Of a stretch of DNA of 64,000 nt, positions 58,331 through 64,000 are shown in pieces. Made by a program: the position numbers and the translations under genes. Origin of the DNA: Spirochaetia bacterium (GTDB lineage Bacteria; Spirochaetota; Spirochaetia; UBA9216); contig OY776510.1 of NCBI GenBank assembly GCA_963675665.1, positions 4,928,001-4,992,000 of the forward strand, read 5' to 3'. Numbering within the stretch: the stretch's first letter is position 1; each line of letters begins with the position of its first letter. The notes under the pieces are model-generated. The model did no database searches, was not told where the DNA came from, and saw only the letters and a program-made list of their open reading frames with translations.

Positions 58331-59819
58331 TGTCAGTTCCTCCTTCAAATGCCATCAACAACTCATTTATTGTAAGCCCCTCATTTTTATATTCGCAGAC
58401 AAGTTCACCATCCCTTAGAATAAAAACCCTGTTGCTTAGACTCAGTATTTCATCCATTTCAGATGAGATCAGGATAATACTCTTCCCTTGTTCGCAAAGT
58501 TGTCTCATAAGTTTATAGATCTCATCTTTCGCCCCGACATCTATTGCTTTTGTCGGTTCATCCATAATCAAAATCTGGGGGCATAGTTCGAGTAATTTTC
58601 CTACAACAACTTTCTGCTGGTTGCCTCCGCTGAGGTTTTCCGCAAGTTGCTCAATGCCGGATAGTTTAATATTCAGATTTGCAACGCTTTTTTGTGTTAT
58701 CTCCCGTGCATTACGCTCGTTGTAAAAGCCTAATCCGGTTTTAAGCTTATCGATACTCGGTAAAGCTACATTTTCTTTTACGCTGAAAGGCATTATCAAC
58801 CCTTCACCTCTTCTGTCTTCAGTCATGTAGACTATGCCCAGATCTATTGCCTTTTTGGGAGAGTCTATGACAACTTCTTTACCGTTCAGCATTATCATTC
58901 CTGATTCAATCTTATCAAGACCTGAGATCGCTCTTGCTATCTCGGTTCTTCCAGAACCCGTCAACCCGGCCAAACTGATAATCTCGCCTTTTTTCAAATT
59001 AAAACTTATCTTGTTCAGTTTCTCAAGGGTGGTCAGGTTCCTTGCCGACAGCACAACTTCATCTGAAGGAACAGGCAATTCAGATACTGTACTTAAATAG
59101 TCGCCTACCATTAATTTTGTTATTTCTTTTTTATTGAGACCAGAGACCTCTCTAGTCTCAACGTTTTTACCGTCCCGAAGAATAGTAACTTTGTCACAAA
59201 GATCGAATATCTCCTGCAGGTAGTGTGATATATAAATAATTGCTACATCCTGTTGCTTAAGTTTGCGGACAAAGCCGAACAATATCTCAATTTCATGTTG
59301 AGACAGTGCAGGTGTAGGCTCATCAAGAACAATTATCTTAGGTGATGCGAAAAGAGCACTTGCAATACCAAGCATCTGCACTTCACCGACACTCAAATTT
59401 TTAATCTTTTCTGTCGGGGCAAAATGCAATTCGACCCTTTGCAAAATATCCTTTGATGTTTTGCACGCTTCTTTCCAGTTGATTGCGCCGCTTATTTTTA
59501 GTGGCATTTTTCCCATCAACAGATTTTCAGCAACAGACAGCTCCTCAACAAACTCTATATGCTGCGATACAACTTCTATACCGCAAGCTTTACTCTCTCT
59601 TATGCTGTCAAAATCTACATCTTCACCGTCAAGAATGATTGCGCCTGAATCTTTTTTATACAGGCCGCACAATATTTTCATCAATGTCGATTTACCAGCG
59701 CCGTTGCTTCCGACAACCGCATGAATTTCACCCTTTTTGGCTGAAAGGCAAACATCTTCGAGCACTTTGACACCGGAAAACGATTTACATATATTTTTCA
59801 TCTCAAGAATTTTGCTCAT
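58314..59819 (-). CDS. Sugar ABC transporter ATP-binding protein
   Basis: GSNGAGKST, LSGGNQQKV. Confidence 0.95.
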   Translation of the reverse strand: MSKILEMKNICKSFSGVKVLEDVCLSAKKGEIHAVVGSNGAGKSTLMKILCGLYKKDSGAIILDGEDVDFDSIRESKACGIEVVSQHIEFVEELSVAENLLMGKMPLKISGAINWKEACKTSKDILQRVELHFAPTEKIKNLSVGEVQMLGIASALFASPKIIVLDEPTPALSQHEIEILFGFVRKLKQQDVAIIYISHYLQEIFDLCDKVTILRDGKNVETREVSGLNKKEITKLMVGDYLSTVSELPVPSDEVVLSARNLTTLEKLNKISFNLKKGEIISLAGLTGSGRTEIARAISGLDKIESGMIMLNGKEVVIDSPKKAIDLGIVYMTEDRRGEGLIMPFSVKENVALPSIDKLKTGLGFYNERNAREITQKSVANLNIKLSGIEQLAENLSGGNQQKVVVGKLLELCPQILIMDEPTKAIDVGAKDEIYKLMRQLCEQGKSIILISSEMDEILSLSNRVFILRDGELVCEYKNEGLTINELLMAFEGGTDNEKHK

Positions 59820-59820
59820 A

Positions 59821-60870
59821 TTATTCGCCTTCTCTATCAACAATTTCCGATTGCCTGTAAAGCTTCTTGATGCGCATTTCCGCTTTATGAATAATCGAGT
59901 ATTTAATACTGTCTATATTTATTGCAAACAGGATCAGCAGACCGCTAATCGTCTGCATCCAGAATGCTGAAACATTCATTAGCTTCAATCCGTTGTCAAT
60001 GACTCCCAGCAGTAATACACCGCCAAGCACTCCCAGAAAATTACCGACGCCACCTCTCAAGCTTACACCGCCGATAACGCATGCAGCGAAAATCATGAAT
60101 GTCATTCCAGTGCCCATGGACGCATTAACGCTGTTATACTGACCGGCCATCATAATTCCTCCAAGGGCAGCGAGAATACCGCTGAATACATAAGCAATAA
60201 TGATTACCCGCTCATGCTTGATTCCGGATTCAATTGCAGCCTTGATATTACCGCCGACGATGAGAACATTTCTTCCGAAGGATCTGTGCCTCAAAATATA
60301 TTCCGCCAATATAAATAATCCGATAAATAAAAAAACCATCAGAGGAATTTGCCAAACTTTATACTGCCCCAAAAATGTATAAAACCTGGGCAGCCCTGAA
60401 ATTGTCTTTCCGCTGGTCAATATTATCGCTATACCGCGTAATGTAATTGACATGGCAAATGTAGTAATTAATGGATTCATTCTCACTTTCACAATGAAAA
60501 ATCCATTTATCAAACCAATTAACCCGCCGGACAGCAACGCAATGATAATCGCAATCATGGGATGCACAAGTTCACCAAGTAGTTCTTCGGATATAAAACA
60601 TGTACCCAGTATGACAGCAAATGCTAAAGTCGCCTCTTGTGACAAATCCAGCTTCCCGGTCATCAGACAAAAACTTTGGCCTATTGCAAGAACTCCCAAA
60701 ATAGCACTATAAAACAATACATTGACAAGATTTCTGGGTGTAAAGAAGAATTTATTTGATAGTATCATTATTAAAAATATCACAATAAAAATTTCCCATA
60801 TGAAATTGTTAAATATGGAAATAACAAGCTGATTTTTCTTTTTTATAAGATTTATTTGCTGCTTGTCCAT
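59821..60870 (-). CDS. Sugar ABC transporter permease
   Basis: GGNIKAAIESG, GGVSLRGGVG. Confidence 0.92.
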   Translation of the reverse strand: MDKQQINLIKKKNQLVISIFNNFIWEIFIVIFLIMILSNKFFFTPRNLVNVLFYSAILGVLAIGQSFCLMTGKLDLSQEATLAFAVILGTCFISEELLGELVHPMIAIIIALLSGGLIGLINGFFIVKVRMNPLITTFAMSITLRGIAIILTSGKTISGLPRFYTFLGQYKVWQIPLMVFLFIGLFILAEYILRHRSFGRNVLIVGGNIKAAIESGIKHERVIIIAYVFSGILAALGGIMMAGQYNSVNASMGTGMTFMIFAACVIGGVSLRGGVGNFLGVLGGVLLLGVIDNGLKLMNVSAFWMQTISGLLILFAINIDSIKYSIIHKAEMRIKKLYRQSEIVDREGE

Positions 60871-61065
60871 TAGAACGCTCCTTGCATATGAATTCCCAAC
60901 ACTTATATATGGACAAAATCGACTCACTGATATTTTATCGATTAGGAAAATTATAGCTGCCTGAATACGTCTGTTTTCTATTGATGAATATAAAGCAGCT
61001 CATTACCAACTCTAAAAGGGATTTCAATCACCTTTTTTGGTCAACTATCATTACAAAAATAAAAA

Positions 61066-61098
61066 ATATGTTGCCGAAAAAATGCTTCGGCAACATAT
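61066..61098 (-). terminator. Hairpin/terminator after the binding-protein gene
   Basis: ATATGTTGCCGAA-aaaatgc-TTCGGCAACATAT with a minus-strand T-tract. Confidence 0.75.
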
Positions 61099-61107
61099 TA
61101 CTCTATG

Positions 61108-62151
61108 TTACCTTGAAACCTGATTCGCCCAATAAGCTGGATTATCAACATTTGAAGCATCTACCGGAATAGTGCTCAGTAACAGGTTCAAACCGTACTC
61201 ACTGTCTTCTATAACAGCCGGGCTCCAGAATGCATCCGATTCGATTGTGTCGCCGGCTTTATATTCTTTGCCCTCAACAATCTGCTCGTAAGCAATCTGG
61301 ACGATTAGACCGAAGTCTGTAAGCGGCTGGTTAACTGTAGAAGCAACTTTCTTTTCTCTTATATAGTTGAACATAATTGTCGTCCCATCAATCCCACATG
61401 TATAGATATGACCCGCTGTATCAACTTTTTTCATATTGCCTGTAGATTCTATAACCGGAATTACGCCAGCACCGGTATAGTCGCTTGCATAATAAATTGC
61501 ATCGATATCTTCAGAAGAAAGAACATCCTGGGTAACTTCGCCTGCTGTAACCGGATCCCATTTGGTCGGTTTTTCAATCACTGTGATATTCGGATACTGG
61601 TCAACTGTAGAATGAAACCCATTTCTTCGCTCATGGGCTATGTCGGCTGTCATGTCTCCAAGCAGCTCAAGGATAGTTCCTTTCGGCTCGTTATAAATCT
61701 TTTTAAGGCCTTTTACCAGTTCTTCACCAGCCTGAGCGCCCGCCATGAAATTATCAGACATAACTGTAAACTGGATAGGCCCCTCAATACCTCTGTCTAC
61801 AGAATAGCACGGGATACCTGCAGCATCAGCCTTTTTAACTACTTCACCAACAGCTTTGCTGTCTGCCGGTACGATGATTATCGCATCCACATTCTGAGTT
61901 ATGTAGTTATCAATAACTCCGATCTGCTTCTGGGTATCTTCGTCACAATAATTCACTAAAAGCTTGATTCCAAGCTTCTCGGCATAATTCTTCATACCGA
62001 TTTCGATTGCCAGATGACTCTCCGCTTTAGGTGTCCAGCCGGCAAAGCCGAATGTGAGACCATCATCTGCACTGACTTCCTGTTTCCCTCCTGCAAACAA
62101 CGCAAAAGGAATAACAGCCAACACTAAAACAAGAACAACAATCTTTCTCAT
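61108..62151 (-). CDS. Sugar ABC substrate-binding protein (RbsB-like)
   Basis: Signal LFAGGKQE; VDAIIIVPADS, SDNFMAG, ERRNGF, GIDG. Confidence 0.92.
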   Translation of the reverse strand: MRKIVVLVLVLAVIPFALFAGGKQEVSADDGLTFGFAGWTPKAESHLAIEIGMKNYAEKLGIKLLVNYCDEDTQKQIGVIDNYITQNVDAIIIVPADSKAVGEVVKKADAAGIPCYSVDRGIEGPIQFTVMSDNFMAGAQAGEELVKGLKKIYNEPKGTILELLGDMTADIAHERRNGFHSTVDQYPNITVIEKPTKWDPVTAGEVTQDVLSSEDIDAIYYASDYTGAGVIPVIESTGNMKKVDTAGHIYTCGIDGTTIMFNYIREKKVASTVNQPLTDFGLIVQIAYEQIVEGKEYKAGDTIESDAFWSPAVIEDSEYGLNLLLSTIPVDASNVDNPAYWANQVSR

Positions 62152-62383
62152 CTTAATTTTCTCCTTCAACCATAGTAAGTTGCTGTAATAGATTTAAAAA
62201 ATATTATAATATTAATTTCTATTTTGTCAAATAAAATAATATTTTATTTTATTCAGAAACAGGAAACAACGTGTAATAACATTAAATTTCGTTTTAAATT
62301 ATTAAAAAATACGAAAAATTGAAAAAAAAGGCTGTTCTATTATGTATAACAAAACAGCCCCGATTCAGTTTGATTTTAATATT

Positions 62384-62956
62384 TTATCTCTTTACTGCGT
62401 CAAGTTCACCATTAACAGTAAGAATGCTACCGCTTAAAGCCGCTTTTAGATTTCCTTTCCAGTAAAACATGGCTGATGGATCAGCAACATCTGCCTCGGT
62501 TTTTCCGTCGGTAACCTTCTGGAAAGTGCCATCGGTAAGACTGATATTTCCGTTTCGATCGGTTACTATCTTGTAAAGTGAACCCCGATGAGAATATTCA
62601 ATGGTAATAACGCCGTTTGAAGCCTTTGTTGCCTTGAGACCGTCATTCTTTGCCTGATCAGCTCCTGCAACTCCAAACAGGAAAAGACCTCTCAGGCCAT
62701 CCGGAAATACTTTCTTTCCTTCCACATCATTTCTGTAAGGCTGAAAAAGATGTGTTGAGCCTTTTAATGAAGCTGCAGAAACACCATCGTAATGGTCCTG
62801 CTCTACCGCCATATAGCGAATGGGACCGGTAAAAGTGAAGTAACTGCTCCTTGTTGCACCTGAGATATCTACCTTGAAATCAATTTTCAAATCCTGTGCA
62901 AAGGATCCGGCTGCCACAGCTATAATAAAGATAAGAATAAATACTAATTTACGCAT
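62384..62956 (-). CDS. Hypothetical exported protein
   Basis: Signal peptide, SD present. Confidence 0.7.
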   Translation of the reverse strand: MRKLVFILIFIIAVAAGSFAQDLKIDFKVDISGATRSSYFTFTGPIRYMAVEQDHYDGVSAASLKGSTHLFQPYRNDVEGKKVFPDGLRGLFLFGVAGADQAKNDGLKATKASNGVITIEYSHRGSLYKIVTDRNGNISLTDGTFQKVTDGKTEADVADPSAMFYWKGNLKAALSGSILTVNGELDAVKR

Positions 62957-63139
62957 ATTTTCCCCTTAATAATAGTATAGTAATATTATCAGGTATTATC
63001 GTTATTTAGTCAAATTAATATTGATAGAATGGTTAAACAATTACCAGACAACCCGGGAAATGAACTATTCCTTCCCGATACCGGGAAATTACAGTTATAA
63101 AATTTATATCCTTTGCATTCTATCTGTTATCCCAGTACT

Positions 63140-64000
63140 TTACCCTTTAAAATAATATTCGATTCTGTCGAAAGCCTTGTTTATCATTTCTTCGGGTACG
63201 CAGAACGACATTCTGATATGCCCCTCGCCCGTCGGGCCGAAAGCAACGCCAGGGGTTGTGGACACCCGGACCTTATCCAGAAGCTTTCTGCAGAATTCGA
63301 AAGAGTTCTTTCCCTCTTCTCCGAGGACCTTCGGAAACATCAGGTACGAGCCCTCGGGTTTTACATATTCGAAACGGGAGCTCAGCCGATCAAGCCTTTC
63401 GCACATCAGGTCCCTGGATTCCTGATAATGGAGCCTGAACTCTTCAACACATTCCTGGCTGCCCTGAAGCGCCGCAATTGCCGCGTATTGGGAAGCAACC
63501 GGTGCGCAGATTGAGAAAGGAATATGGGCCTTTTTAATCTGAGTGATATTCTGAGCCGCCGAATGAAGATACCCTACTCGCCATCCCGTCATAGCGTACG
63601 TTTTAGTGAAGGTATAATTCGTGACTACATGGTCTTTCATCCCGGGAATTGACGCAATACTGAAATGTTTTTTACCGTCGAAGGTAAAATATTCATACGC
63701 CTCGTCGGTAATGATGGTCAGATTATTTTTCAACGCTATTTCAGCCAGTTCCCGAAGTTCGGCTTCAGAGAAAACGGTGCCCGTCGGATTACTCGGCGTG
63801 CAGAACATTACGGCCTTTGTTTTACTTGTGATTGCCTTTTTGATTGCATCAAAATCCAGTTTGTAATTATTCTTTTCCTGCAGCGGAACAAGCACCGGAG
63901 TTCCCGATGCAAGCCTTACCTGCGTGATGTGCGTCGAATAGGTCGGCGTAGGCAGGATAACCTCATCGCCCGGATCGATCACGGCCATGACCGACGCCAT
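63140..64000 (-). CDS. Class I/II PLP aminotransferase (AspC-like); 5' end lies outside the window
   Basis: PSNPTG, DEAY, TFTKTYAMTGWRVG. Confidence 0.92.
   Translation of the reverse strand: MASVMAVIDPGDEVILPTPTYSTHITQVRLASGTPVLVPLQEKNNYKLDFDAIKKAITSKTKAVMFCTPSNPTGTVFSEAELRELAEIALKNNLTIITDEAYEYFTFDGKKHFSIASIPGMKDHVVTNYTFTKTYAMTGWRVGYLHSAAQNITQIKKAHIPFSICAPVASQYAAIAALQGSQECVEEFRLHYQESRDLMCERLDRLSSRFEYVKPEGSYLMFPKVLGEEGKNSFEFCRKLLDKVRVSTTPGVAFGPTGEGHIRMSFCVPEEMINKAFDRIEYYFKG

Overview
Bacterial chromosomal window, probably a spirochaete (inferred from the 'LFAGGxQE' binding-protein signal and overall gene style). In order it holds: a GABA/4-hydroxybutyrate degradation cluster (gabT, GntR, abfD, cat2-like CoA transferase); a split B12 methionine synthase; a type I restriction-modification island carrying a DUF3800 gene with a convergent small structured RNA; two moeA genes; an RND efflux-photolyase operon opposite a B12-binding XRE regulator; tRNA-Arg(CCG); prfA-prmC-rel-trmJ; signalling genes; and a sugar ABC/3-epimerase locus. 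The main finding concerns IS110-family bridge-RNA recombinases. Two apparently identical 1384-bp elements have a non-coding left end whose target guides spell TAGGAG-TAAAA-ATG, a Shine-Dalgarno plus start codon. Both copies sit inside the SD of a host gene and rebuild it with their own right end. About five short covarying hairpin elements (candidate non-autonomous passengers) lie immediately upstream of start codons, two of them with clear IS-like ends. A third, IS1111-type element has guides matching a palindromic CCTCTAAAAAC repeat family. All calls come from manual reading; no searches or folding programs were run.
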